A stretch of DNA of 64,000 nucleotides from Chrysomallon squamiferum (Eukaryota > Animalia > Mollusca). Under the pieces are notes generated by a model. That model ran no database searches. It worked only from the letters and a program-made list of their open reading frames with translations, and was not told where the DNA came from. Shown here piece after piece: positions 1 to 12,820 of this stretch (position 1 is the stretch's first letter; each line of letters starts with the position of its first letter). The translations under genes and the position numbers were made by a program. The DNA is taken from assembly GCA_012295275.1 (NCBI GenBank), contig CM022667.1:13516001-13580000 (forward strand), given 5' to 3'.

Positions 1-640
1 AGCGATGAAGCAGCAATAGCAGAGACAGATGCAGGAAAACAAGTAGAAGTGGAAGCAGTGTTAATAGTAATAGTAGCAGAGCTAGTAAGTAGTATTGTTG
101 TACTGGGAGTAGGTACTAAAAAGCATTCATTGCAGAGCTTTCCAAAGTGAATAACTGCCAGGGAAAGTATAGTTTTTGTTCATGAAATTTGAGGCAGAAT
201 GAAATTGTGTTTGCTTGAAATTTATGTTTGGTAACAGACAAAATCTGTTGATGTAGGTTTATCGGGTCATACTGCTATCTGATATCGTTAGAGTATGTGG
301 TCCAAAGTCATAAGTGCATAGCATGGGGACAGTAATGCGAGGTGAATTTGTATATATTTAAATAGACAGGATTGGAAGTGAGGCATTTTGGTGAGATACC
401 AATAGTGATTATAAAGATATATAACTGCAGTAATACCTGTGGTAGTAGTTTTCGTATTTATAGCAGTAACAATTGTAGCAGTAAAGGTAGTAGTAGTAAT
501 ACTAATTGTAGTAGAACCAACAGAAGTGACAAAAAAAGTAGTAGTAGTAGCAGTAGCAGTGGCAGTTATTGTTGTCGTAGTAGTTGTAGTAGTAATAGTA
601 ATACTAACGATCAAATGAAACAAACACATAAATAAATGAA

Positions 641-671
<31 letters not shown>

Positions 672-700
672 AAAGAGAAATAAGAAAACAGTAGACACAC

Positions 701-1802
701 CTATGTTTGAAAGGTAGCGCGACAGAATTTTGTTTTTTTCTTCCGTGTCTAACACGATCAGTCTTGATCCCAGCTGGCCGCAAGCAACACGTGCCTCAGC
801 AAATGTTTCAGGATCTTCAGACAACTTGAAGCACAGTGTTCCCAAAAACACGAAACCCTCATCAGTCGGACAGAAATCTATGAAACGAGAACAACTATAT
901 AACAGTCACTACAATACTAATTTTATATACACAATTATGCACACATCGTTACCGCCGTTATCCCAATAAAATTTTAAAAAATCAAAAAAAAATCAGACGA
1001 TTACAGTATAATGTAAAATACATACTGTTACGATAGAAAAATAAAATTCATTTCACTACCATACAAAGATAAAATTTTAGCTGTTGCCATAAAAAGATGA
1101 ACTTGAACATAATGTTATTCAAAGATCAAATTCAAACAGCTAGTATATAGAGGAAACGATTCAAATGAGACTGTCGCCAACCATAATACAAAATTCAGAA
1201 TGTTACCACTGAAAAGTCATATTATTATTATTATTATTATAATACAAAGGTTAAATTTAGCCTGCTACCTGAAGGAATGTAATAGTGCTTCCAGTTTGCC
1301 GTGTCAGACGTACTGACGTAAGTACCAACCCTCACAGAATAATGGCGACATTTTCCGTTGTCGTAGGCAAACGAAAGGCATTCAGGATTCTTGGTGCAGT
1401 CAGAGCCACAGTGCATCATGGTCTTGACGTCAGTGGCTTCGTATATTTCAGCGTTAGGTGCAGTGACGTAATCATATTTTTCTTTCTCAATCCAAATCCA
1501 TCTGGTGCCAATGCAGCTTCATTGACAGTAAAATAGAACTATTTTCATTACTTGTATTAAATAGTGACATTTAGTAAGATATAATTCAGTTGATGACGTT
1601 AATCTATTTATCATTCTATCAGTTCATCTACTCATTTACAGTATATGTCTATTTGTCTATCTAACTTATGCATACATCCACACTGTTATTCAGTTTCAGT
1701 ATAAAATAAAAAGAGTACGTATATTTATACATACCTGTCTGCCATTTTAGAACACACGAAAACAGCTGACAACAACAGAAACTGGATGAAAGTGTTTTGC
1801 AT
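701..1802 (-). CDS. PAN/Apple + C-type lectin gene, subfamily A, copy A1 (partial; exon 4 lies left of the window). Exons 1802-1735, 1516-1269, 877-701
   Basis: Exon 1 MQNTFIQFLLLSAVFVCSKMAD (signal-peptide-like) ends AG|GTATGT. Exon 2 SCIGTRWIW..MMHCGSDCTKNPECLSFAYDNGKCRHY has the PAN C-x3-C-x5-C..C pattern. Exon 3 DFCPTDEGFVFLGTLCFK..ARVACGQLGSRLIVLD is a CTLD N-half. Reading frame is open across the GT-AG junctions. Confidence 0.85.
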
Positions 1803-2025
1803 TTTGTATGAATAAATTTTAGTGAAGAAAACGACGAAGTGAACAGGTCGTAATAAATATCAATGTTTGAGCTTATCGTAAGTCAAAATCCCCAATCATC
1901 GATTTGCAGCTTTAACATTAAAGGTTGCTACGGTGTATTTAATTTTTAATGCACAACTGAAGGCTTAACATGTTTTACATCTATTTTGTTTTAATCAACA
2001 ATCGTTAGTTTTTATATATATATAT

Positions 2026-2615
2026 TGTCACGAGGCCCACACCATTAAACATCTTGGATATTTTATTAATGCTCAGTCTAGGGTAACAAGGTGCTTTAAT
2101 GGCCACCTAACAAGGAATGTAAAGGCTAAATTAACAACAGTCTATATAATCAATATTTAGCGGTCCACAAGATAAATAAACACAATTCGAGTTAAATATT
2201 TAATTACAATATACAGATGACTTGATAATAATACAAACATAAGTGATACGAGTAAGGTCAGACGGGGAACCAAGACAAAATAAAAAAATGCACGGAGGAC
2301 AGATTAAACAATTAAAGTTTTAGTTATATTAAATGTTCCTAAAGGGTTTAATTGCACATTACCCTATCAAAATAAGAATAGACAATAGCTTACCATACTC
2401 GTCCGTAAAGACAATGTCATTCAAAAAATTTGTTTCCCTGCCTGACTGAGCTGCTTAATTACTGAAACTGAAACTGAAAAAAATTAACGTGCTAATCAGA
2501 GCAAGATGTTGTGAAGAACGTTCATAATTACCAAATGCCAGCGCTTTTACAACAACGCCATGGAGTTAAAAAAATGGCGTCAACAATAAAAAGCGCGGAT
2601 CTGATTGTAGTTACA
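2026..2615. mobile_element. ~590-bp insertion, candidate solo LTR (TGTCAC...GTTACA)
   Basis: Follows a (TA)n tract upstream of A1. Absent from the paralogous flank of A2 (~10090-10250) and present again at 33995-34573. TG...CA termini with an imperfect terminal inverted hexamer; no clean target-site duplication. Confidence 0.45.
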
Positions 2616-2793
2616 ATTAGTTACGATTCTCGATATTTATATGATATACCTCCAGATAATTTCTATCTAATTATATTTATAGATTTTTCATGCAAGGATT
2701 TTCCTGAATTATATAAAGTAAATTATAAGGTAACAGGGAATAATATATTTTTAACCAAATGCAATATATGTAATATACTCACTTGTAATGTAC

Positions 2794-3820
2794 TGCTCGC
2801 GAAAAAAACAAAAGACAAACCCCGGCGTTCTTCGTAGGAATCCACGGTTACCGTCGGTTATTGAGCAAATTTGTATTTGATTTTTTAACTTTGTCTTAGT
2901 GGCCGAGTGGTATCATCATACGTCCTCTATTTATTCAAGCTGAGTATTGTCAGAAACCAATGTGACTTTGCTGCATTGTCAGAGTCCAGTGTGTTGTTGT
3001 ATACTGTTCTGTATTACAACAAACAAATCTGTTAGTGTTGTAAATACAACTAACAAAATCAGTACACCGAATCAGTTTACAAATGATAACGACTACGATA
3101 ATAGTGGTGATGATTACAATAACGGTGATCATGATGGTTATGTCGAGGTTCATTAAATTAAAATAGTTGTCTCACAGTAAATTATTCATTTCGTGATCAT
3201 CATAACCATCATTTCGCTAACAGTATTTCAGGAAATAAAAATTAAGAACAGGAACGGTTGTAAACAAAAATCGCAAGCAATGTTCAACATAATACAGGAA
3301 GAAGCTGATTATAGTTATGGATATTTGCAAATTTTGAACAATGGACTTTCGTCAAAACACTAATAATATAAAAATTATCAACAGCAACAACATAAAATAT
3401 CGGAAACGGCAGTATCAAACAAAATTTTACTGCCCCGGTACTCAAATCTGAACCTAAAATTAATGCTTGTAAAACTGAGGAAATACAAAGAATGGCGTGC
3501 TTTGTAGGAAGCGATTATTACGGTTACTGAGCAACATTTTTTTATGGTTATCTTGATGGCGATGTGTATCGTCTTCCGCTCACTATTCATTCGTAAATAC
3601 ATAGACACAGATATCTATACATACTGTGTTATTTTATCAGTATATTTTTATCAATTAGAAAATATCAACAAAACACATCGGAAATGTCAGATATATTAAT
3701 TGGCTGTATAATTCCGTTCTTGTTAAAACTATGTCAAAAACCTGTTCTTAAAGAATTAAAAATATAATGCATGCGCTATTCCGAAACTCTGACTATAAAG
3801 TAAACATGAAAGTATAAAAA
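2794..3820 (+). repeat. Segmental duplicate of 18183-19180
   Basis: Near-identical ~1 kb seen by direct comparison; the spurious ORF MSETNVTLLHCQ.. occurs in both copies. Confidence 0.9.
2870..2965 (+). pseudogene. Highly decayed CTLD exon-4 remnant (second copy ~18260-18354)
   Basis: TATTGTCAGAAACCAATGTGA matches the ..CEKPM* end of intact exons 4 (e.g. 27691-27711). The following sequence resembles the 3' flanks of + strand genes. Confidence 0.4.
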
Positions 3821-3831
3821 AAAAAAAAAAG

Positions 3832-4960
3832 TTGCATGTATGTACTCATGCATGTTCCCTACACAATCCTTCAAGGAATTTTGAAACAAGACAATGCCTT
3901 GTAGAAATCCCATCGCCATTAAATGTTTGCCATCTACTGATCCCACTAATATACGTTTTTATAGTAGGTGGGGCTAATTGCTGTAATGACAGGAAAGCAG
4001 TGAAATGTTTTAAGTGATCCACAAGAACTGGCCGTAGTGGAGACAACAGAACTTTTCTCATGAACTCTAGCTTTTCTATTCCTGACATGCATAATAACCA
4101 GAGCTGATTCTCTATTAACCCCCCATATTGAAATTTCCGTGTGTCTGGCCTTTTTTATTCGGAATTGTTCATCTTAACATGGCATGAATTTCTTATGTCG
4201 GCTAACATCCTAATATCCCTTAAATATTTCAAGAGTTGTTGACTGTCTTGGACGGTACATTACAATAACATAAATAAAAATGACAGCCCGATGTCAACAG
4301 GTGTATTGATCTAAAGCAACCTCCCTTTTCCCTGTTTTTGACGACTACTTTCCCCTCCTTCAATACGAGGTCGCCTACGCAACCCTGACTAGCTTCCATT
4401 TCCTAGCTGGACTTACACACGTCAACATGTTCCCCATCCTAAATTATTTGCCGACATTTTTGCGATACACTGAGCCCTATCTCGTCAAATGTGCCGACTA
4501 TTAATGACGGAGACAAAATATCTACGTACTCAAGTTAAAATTGCCAGTATCCGACTGACCGTTTTCCACCTGTCGTTCCATTCTGAAACAATCGTGGAAT
4601 CATCCATGGCCCTTTGTCTTCGTTTTCGCTGTTGAGACGGCTCGGTCGTCAAAAAACGAGAAGGCTGGTTGATCCTCCGCTTCGATCTGCCTACATTTTT
4701 CTGGGCAGACACTTTCCTTTTCTTTTGTTTTTTCAGACAATATCAGCCGTTTTTCTAACTCAAAATAGGCTGGATGGCAATGAATGAGAAAAGCAAGTAA
4801 ATGTTTTCCCATCGTGGCTGAAATGGGGTTTGAATGAAAGAGATTGTATTGTATAGGCTAGTCAACTAGAGTTAATTCCCTTTGGCCATTGCCTCCCCTG
4901 CAACCATTTATCACTACCACACAGCTATCTGTATTTTCCTGACATTAAATGGGATTATAA
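3832..4960 (-). mobile_element. Degenerate DIRS-like tyrosine-recombinase retroelement fragment
   Basis: More GC-rich island. ORF 3846-4088 (HLKHFTAFLSLQQLAPPTIKTYISGISRWQTFNG..LVSKFLEGL) resembles the N-terminal core-binding region of DIRS YR integrases. A basic ORF1-like remnant lies at 4530-4712. Confidence 0.65.
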
Positions 4961-5209
4961 GGTATTACGAATAATCTGTACTAACACCAAACGTCAAAAC
5001 AATAATAAGTGTATAAAAAGGTCGCGCATTCGTTTCTAATAGTGATCTACAGTTTTAACTAATCCAAATCAGTTGCCCTTGACATTTCTATACAGGCATG
5101 TTTTTCCATAAATTTTTATTAATTCGGAATCATTTTCTGTAGGAGGAGGTCATCTCATTTTGTCGTAGTTGTTGTTGTTTTTGTTGTTGTTGTTGTTGTT
5201 ATTATTATG

Positions 5210-5250
<41 letters not shown>

Positions 5251-6354
5251 CTGGTATACTACTAATTAGAATTTATTATATATATATCATTTAATTAAAG
5301 AGAAAAACAACAAACCAACCTAAAAGCTCTGTGTATTTGTGAATTAGAGCCAAAATAGAAACAAAAAAGGTTCTAAAAAATACATCGATTATGTGATTAT
5401 TTTTTTTTTTTCTGCTTAATCTTTACTTCATGATTAACATTCGTAGTAGTAGCGTGAGTAATAGAAGAACAAACAATTAAGTAAGCTTTATAAATATTAG
5501 TAACAGTAACGTAATTAGTAGTGGCGGTAACAGAAGCAGTGATGTAAATAGTAGTAGCGATAACACTAACACAAGTAGTAGGAGTAGTAAGTAAATAGTA
5601 TAACAATAACGTAATTAGAAGTAGTAGAAGTAGTGGCAGTGGTGTAGTAGTAGTAGTAGCAGCAATTGTAGTAAAGTAGTAGCAGTGATAGTGGTAGTGG
5701 TAGTAGAAGTACTAGTGTTTTTTCTCTCCCTTTAGAAGTGAATATTTAATTATGTGTGAACGAATCAAAGGTTTTGGTTGAATTGTCAGTATCAAGTATA
5801 ACAGAAGCAGTACAGTTGTAATCGGTTCATTTGGCGTTATTTTCTTTGTATTACCTCCCTTGTGCTCGCTATATGTTTATTCTTGTTATAAATATTTCAT
5901 TTTTGATTTGAATAGCGATAGATACGCTTCGTGGGAGTGGACTGAAAAGTATTTAACTTGTTTATAGCTTGGATTCTTTCAACATCATCGGTAGACAGAC
6001 ACACAGAAACACAGACGTGCTGTTATTAGCTGTTTTTCATTTCTTCAGTATATTTGAAAGTGCTCACCACTTAGATGTATTTTAAACTGATAGTTTTTCT
6101 CTCTTTTTTTATCCTTTTCTTTATTGTCTTTGATAATTTTATATATACTAAGTTTAACGAGATACTGTGTTTTATTTGTTCCTTTCGAGTTTTTATTTTT
6201 ATTATAAAAAGAACATCCCACCTTTTGATCTAATTTGTTTGATCTTTTACTAGCAACTGCTGCAGCAGTGGTAGTATTAGTAGTAGTAGCAGTAGTTCAT
6301 TATTCTTCTTCTGCTTATTATTATTATTATTATTATTATTGTTGTTGTTGTTAT

Positions 6355-7120
6355 TCAAGGACATGGTTTCGAAACCCATGTTACAATAACAGGGCTACTG
6401 ATGATGTAAAGAAATATAACATGTTCAATGTAGTGAACTGTGAAACAAATAGAACACGTGTAACATATTGAGGTGTTGAAGAAATAGAATATTAATAATG
6501 TTTAATATATTAACTGGACGAACAGATACATTATATTGATAGTTTAAATGGTGTATTATGACAGGACAGAAATACAGTTAAGAATAACTAAACACTTTCA
6601 TTATATTGACACGTTTCTGTCAAGTATATCTGGGAGAATGGTGGACAATATACAAGAGGAAAATTTGAGTATACAAAACAGTTTCTGAAGCACGTGACAC
6701 CTGCAGTCAGATAGGTTGAAGACTGATTGTACTGGACACAGAAGAGAAAAAAAACAGCTGTTGGTGACAACATCAAAAGAAACATAGGCAGGAACTTATA
6801 CATTTATAAACAACTGCTACTTCATCTAGTGTAAAGCAATACCCCTCCAATCACTACTACTAGTAAATTACTGTTACTACTACTGCTACACACTGTTATT
6901 TCTCATACTTTTTGGTTTTTTTATACGAATCTAACAGAAGAAAAAGTGGAAAACAATTTTGTTTGGGAGAATGGACAAAACGTCCATTTTGAAAAATAGG
7001 ACAACAATGAATCCGATAACTACCTGGAAGATTGCGCGGTATTAATTCCAACAAGCAAAATGTGGTGTGACATTAACTTATACTTTCAGTAAATATATAT
7101 TTGTGAAAAACCGATGATAA
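6355..7120 (+). pseudogene. Decayed PAN-CTLD pseudogene (exon 2, 3 and 4 remnants)
   Basis: RTWFRNP.. exon-2-like start; exon-3 core GCACGTGACACCTGCAGTCAGATAGG..GTACTGGACACAGAAGAG at ~6690-6775; exon-4 remnant FVWENG..NESDNYLEDC..MWCD with stops and frameshifts. Confidence 0.75.
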
Positions 7121-7786
7121 AGTCACATGATATTTGTTGAATAAACAAAAACCAAAGTAAATTTTTTTTTTATATATTTGTTTGTTTGATCTATATGTCC
7201 ATGCGTTTAAAAAAAATGAAAAATGTAAATATCATTATCACCAACCTGTCATTCATTCATTTCTTGATTATTTTTTTTTTTTTTTTTTTACGGGTGCTTA
7301 TAACCGCAATGTTTTGAATAATTAAAATGACAGCCAGAACAATATCAGTAAGAAAAGGAATAAACAAATGAGATGTAGTACAGATATTAAGTGATGATTA
7401 TTTCCTAGAAGAATTAAACAACACTGAAGGGATTAAAAGGTATGATCGATGAAAACAAAAATTAGCAAAATCAAATAAAAACTGTATTAAATTTAAACAG
7501 TCAGATTCACTCAGCATTGCTGAGTAAACCACAACATACTGAAACTGTTGAGAATTCAGTACTAAGACTGCAAGCAAACTGTACAGAAATAAGCGAATGT
7601 GACAAATACAAACAGAAACTGAACAATAAAAATACAACTAAAGAAAAATTGTTTTTCAGTTTATTTATTTAACTGACCTGCATTACAATTCTCATATAAG
7701 TCGAAGAAAATCTGCTTGAAGATATGATGTTTTATTATTATTTTATTTTTATTTTTTTGGTTGCTCCTCAGGTTCTTACGATTAAT

Positions 7787-8741
7787 TTAGAGGTTTTCAC
7801 ATATGTATTTGAAACGTCTTTTACATCCAACATCTGCCCATTTGTTGAAACGAGATAAAAATATAGTGCAGTCTTCATGGTCGAAATTATCAGGTTCAGT
7901 TTCATTCCAATTTGTATAAATGGCTTTTTCGCCATTCTCCCACACATACGTTTTCTCCTCAACTTCATCAGTTAATCCGATGTAAAATTTGTCGAGATTT
8001 GACCCTGTAAAACAAATGAATGTAAATGTAGTAATAGTAATAGCAGTAGTAGCGGTGGTATAGGAATAACAATAGCGATGAAGCAGCAATAGCAGAGACA
8101 GAGGCAGGAAAACAAGTAGAAGTGGAAGCAGTGTTAATAGTAACAGTAGGAGAGCTAGTAAGAAGTATTGTTGTAGTGGGAGTAGTTACTAAAAAGCATT
8201 CATTGCAGAGCTTTCCAAAATTAATAACTGCCAGGGAAAGTATAGTTTTTGTTCATGAAATTTGAGGCAGAATGAAATTGTGTTTGCTTGAAATTTATGT
8301 TTGATAACAGACAAAATCTGCTGATGTAGGTTTATCGAGTCATACTGCTATCTGATGTCGTTAGAGTATGTAGTCCAAAGTCATAAGTGCATAGCATGGG
8401 GACAGTATTGCGAGGTGAATTTGTATATATTTAAATAGTCAGGATTGGAAGTGAGGCATTTTGGTGAGATAAACATAGATAACTGCTGCCAATAGTGATT
8501 GTAAAGAGATTTCACTGCAATAGTTCAAGTGGTACTAGATTTCGTATTCATAGCAGTAACAGTTGTAGCAGTCGTTAAGGTAGTAGTAGTAATACTAATT
8601 GTAGTAGCAGCAATAGAAGTGACAGAAAAAGTAGTAGTAGTAGCAGTAGCAATGGCAGTTATTGTTGTCGTAGTAGTTGTAGTAGTAATAGTAATACTAC
8701 TGATCAAATGAAACAAACACATAAATAAATAAATAAACAAA

Positions 8742-8772
<31 letters not shown>

Positions 8773-9890
8773 AAAGGTAAATAAGAAAACAGCAGACACA
8801 CCTATGTTTGAGAGGTAGCTCGACAAAATTCTGTTTTTTTCTTCCGTGTCTAACACGATCAGTCTTGATCCCAGCTGGCCGCAAGCAACACGTGCCTCAG
8901 CAAATGTTTCAGGATCTTCAGACAACTTGAAGCACAGTGTTCCCCAAAACACGAAACCCTCATCAATCGGACAGAAATCTATGAAACGAAAACAACTATA
9001 TAACAGTCACTACAATAATATTTTTATATACATAATTATGCACACATAGTTACCGCCGTTATCACCACAAAATTTAAAAAAAATAAAAAAATCAGACGAT
9101 TACAATATAATGTAAAATTCATACTGTCACGATAGAAACATAAAATTCATTTCACTACCATACAAAGATAAAATTTTAGCTGTTGCCATAAAAAGATGAA
9201 GTTGAACATAATGTTATTCAAAGATCAAATTCAAACAGCTAGTATATAGAGAAAACGATTCAAATGAGACTGTTGCCAAGCAAAATAAAAAATTCAGAAT
9301 GTTACCACTGAAAAGTCAGATTATTATTATTATTATAATACAAAGGTTAAATTTAGCGTGCTACCTGAAGGAATGTAATAGTGCTTCCAGTTTGCCGTGT
9401 CAGACGTACTGACGTAAGTACCAACCCTCACAGAATAATGGCGACATTTTCCGTTGTAGTAGGCAAACGAAAGGCATTCAGGATTCTTGGTGCAGTCAGA
9501 GCCACAGTGCATCATGGTCTTGACGCCAGTGGCTTCGTATATTTCAGCGTTAGGTGCAGTGAAGTAATCATATTTTTGTTTCTCAATCCAAATCCATCTT
9601 GTTCCAATGCAACTTCAATGACAGTAAAATAAAACTATTTTCATTACTTGTATTAAATAGTGACATTTAGTAAGATATAATTCAGTTGATGACGTTAATC
9701 TGTTTTTCCTTCTATCACTTCATCCACTCATTTACCGTATATGTCTATTTGTCTATACGCATACATCCAAACTATTATTCTATTTTAACATAAATAAAAA
9801 GTGTACGTATATTTATACATACCTGTCTGCCATTTTAGAACACACGAAAACAGCTGACAACAGCACAAACTGGAGGAAAGTGTTTTGCAT
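7787..9890 (-). CDS. PAN/Apple + C-type lectin, subfamily A, copy A2, intact, 236 aa, EPD/WAD motifs. Exons 9890-9823, 9612-9365, 8978-8802, 8004-7787
   Basis: 68+248+177+218 = 711 nt, open frame, GT-AG introns. Exon 4 FYIGLTD..YVWENG..NWNETEPDNFDHEDC..KWADVGC..YICE is a typical CTLD C-half. Confidence 0.9.
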
Positions 9891-10329
9891 TATGTCTAAA
9901 TACATTTTTAGTGAAGAAAACGACGAAGTGAACAGGTCGTAATAAATATCAATGTTTGAGCTGATCGTAAGTCAAAATTCACCAAGCATCGATTAGCAGC
10001 TTTAATATGAAACGTTGCTGCACTGTATTTAATTTTTAATGCACAACTGAAGGCTTGTTTTACATCTATTTATTTTTTAATCAATAATCGTAAAGTATAT
10101 GTTTATATATATATATGTATGTATGTATGTGTGTGTGTAAATATATTTTAATAACTAGATAAATGCGGTATGAACGTACGCATGTATGAATGTATCTATG
10201 GGCGTATGTTAATGTATTAAATTGACGGATGTTTTCAGTTTTTGGTTTTTCATGATATATACCAGATAATTTCTATCTAATTAAGTTTATAGATTTTTCA
10301 TGAAAGTATTTTCCTGAAATAGGTAAACT

Positions 10330-10492
10330 AATTTATTTGTCATATGTGAGAGGAATCCTTTTTGATTAGCAACTAAGGATGTTTTATTATTATTATCTTT
10401 CTGAGATTGAAATAATCAATAGGGGCCGATGCGGACAGTTGATCCTGGGAACTGTTATAACCAGGTTCTATACGGAATGAACCACACTGCAC
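10330..10492 (-). mobile_element. SINE-like remnant (second copy ~35730-35885)
   Basis: Minus strand GTGCAGTGTGGTT..CCAGGATCAACTG..GGCCCCTATTGATTATTTC..ATAAAACATCCTTAGTTGCTAAT..GGATTCCTCTC resembles a tRNA-derived SINE head (A/B-box-like) plus core. The family resemblance is from memory only. Confidence 0.4.
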
Positions 10493-11364
10493 GTAAAACA
10501 TGCAACAACCAGCAGCAGTGACAAATGCGACAGAAACCTGTTTATTCGTTTATGACAAGTGTTTGTTTATTCCCTAGTACAAAATTTTGTATTGTACATT
10601 TCTGAAAATGTTCTGACAGTCATATTACTCACTGTTGTTGAATAAATGTTTTTTTTTTTTTATTCCCTAGTACAAGAATTTGTTAAATTTGTTATCGTCT
10701 TTGCGTACACTTCTCACTTACTAAGCAATAAAAATCTATATTTTTCTGGTAGGTCACAGTAGTACTCTCTGTTGGCAATAAATATTTTCAGACGTCAAAC
10801 TCAAAATTTTGCCAAACAATGAATGTGTTTGCCTTTATATATTAAAATAAATACAGCAGAAACAAAAAACACGAGAATAAAAAAATGAGAGATAAAAGTA
10901 AAACAGAGGAATAACCGTCAGAAATACAACTCATCAAAAGCAAACAAAGAATGCAACAAAAGAAAATAACAGAATTCTATTTGACACAACTGACTGCTTT
11001 CAAACCAGATATCGGTTTACATTGATTCATTGATTTTGTATGCATTTACACCTCTCTCTGAATGATTAAATATTGAATTTCAAGCATAAACTGTGAATAA
11101 TAATGACTTGCTCTGTTGTATTATTAAAAGATCTCTAGTTATAACAGGTTTTGCTAAAATATTTTTTATTAGGACTCTATATTTGATAATCATTATTAGT
11201 CTAAGTTTCACGGAGTTTCATTTGTTATATTAACTGAACTGACAGTTGTAAATAGAAAAGTTAACAGTTAAGATGAAAACCTTTCTCATGAAAGAAATCT
11301 GGGTTTTGGCTCTATTTGTGGATTATAAAAGTGCAGAAAGGTACATATAAATATGCTTACAGAC

Positions 11365-11371
<7 letters not shown>

Positions 11372-11458
<87 letters not shown>
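11372..11458 (+). repeat. (AG)n microsatellite in intron 1
   Basis: Directly visible. Confidence 0.97.
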
Positions 11459-11460
<2 letters not shown>

Positions 11461-12254
11461 TATCTTGTTACTGTTTCACTATTATCATCATCATCATTGG
11501 TAATCTTCAAAATCTAGTTGTTAAATTTGTAATATTGCTGTGCATGTCTACCCCTTGTTATCAAGTTTAAGTCAGTATTCTGATTCTGTTTTTGTTCTTT
11601 TCTTTCAATGCTGTCATTTTGTTGTTGTTTTATTCGTGGGGTTTTTCAGGGTTTTTTTTCAGAAATATCTGGGAACAGAAGTAACGTTCTTAAAATTAGG
11701 ATATCAACCTCTATTTTGATTATAAAAACACACATATCTATTCTTTGTTTTACTAGATGTTTTATTAATAACTGCAGGAGCACCCGTTCATCTGTTTGGA
11801 TTAGAAATCTAAATTTTAACGATGTCGATGTAAACTATGGGCTCCTATCTTCTCTAGATGGAATTACAAACGCTGAGGCTTATGGGATACGATGTGCTTG
11901 AGATTTTCAAATTACAACAGTTACTCCAAATCACCTGGCTGGAAATATTTCTATTTGAATGCAGGTAACGTAGATTTATTTGTTTATTCGTTAGTACTAT
12001 ACTAGTTATTACTGATTTTATTTTAATATTATTAATATAATTTTTGTTTTCTTATATATTTAATTGTTCCAGATGATAAGAGTAGAGTTGGATCTTGAAT
12101 AACTTTCGACTGTTATGATTTACACACAAAGATGCACAGACATACATAACTTTTATACGTAGATACCTCACCGAAAATTGTATGTGTACTTATATGAATA
12201 AATAAATAAACACATAAATATATAAGTACATGCATAAAATTGCATAAGCATATA

Positions 12255-12298
12255 ACAATAACAACAACAATAACAACAACAACAACAACAACAACAAC

Positions 12299-12386
<88 letters not shown>

Positions 12387-12387
12387 G
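12255..12387 (+). repeat. Compound (AAC)n(AAT)n microsatellite
   Basis: Directly visible. Confidence 0.97.
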
Positions 12388-12789
12388 TAAATCAATTAGT
12401 TGTTAAGAAGCACGTTATTTGTAATGAAAAAATCATTTTAAATATCTAAGACGTGAAAGAAAGAAATTAACTGTTTTACAGGTTCATGTCCAGTAGAAGA
12501 CGGGTTTGTGTTCTTGGACGAAGTGCATCTGTGTATGAAGGCTTTTGTGGATAAGAAAACATTTTCTCAAGCACGTGGCGCCTGCAGTCAGATAGGTTCA
12601 AGACTGATTGTACTGGACTCAAAAGAGAAAAACACAGCTGTTGGTGACTACATCCAAGCAAACATAGGTAGGAATTGAAATAATCTTCTACCACATATAG
12701 AATTTATCTCTGCAATTGTAAATAAAACATTCGCTTTAAAATTATTGTTGTTGTTGTTGTTCTTCTTCTTCTTGTTCTTTTTTCTTCTT

Positions 12790-12820
<31 letters not shown>

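Noticed and set aside
288-700. Hydrophobic and Thr-rich extension of the exon-3 ORF suggesting a membrane-anchored lectin
   Set aside because: Read-through past a canonical GT donor into (TTTA)n and (ACT)n intron sequence; the frame differs among A1, A2 and A3.
1285-1536. Recurrent ORF MLPVCRVRRTD..MATFSVVVGKRK (also 9381, 33328, 59988, 24861, 42181)
   Set aside because: Antisense shadow of the subfamily A PAN exon; it recurs only because that exon is duplicated.
2897-2912. TAGTGGCCGAGTGG resembling a tRNA A-box (also ~18286)
   Set aside because: No B-box or cloverleaf follows; better explained as part of a decayed CTLD exon 4.
12168-12449. Poly-Tyr, poly-Ile, poly-Asn and ER/LS ORFs here and throughout the window
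   Set aside because: Translations of microsatellites.
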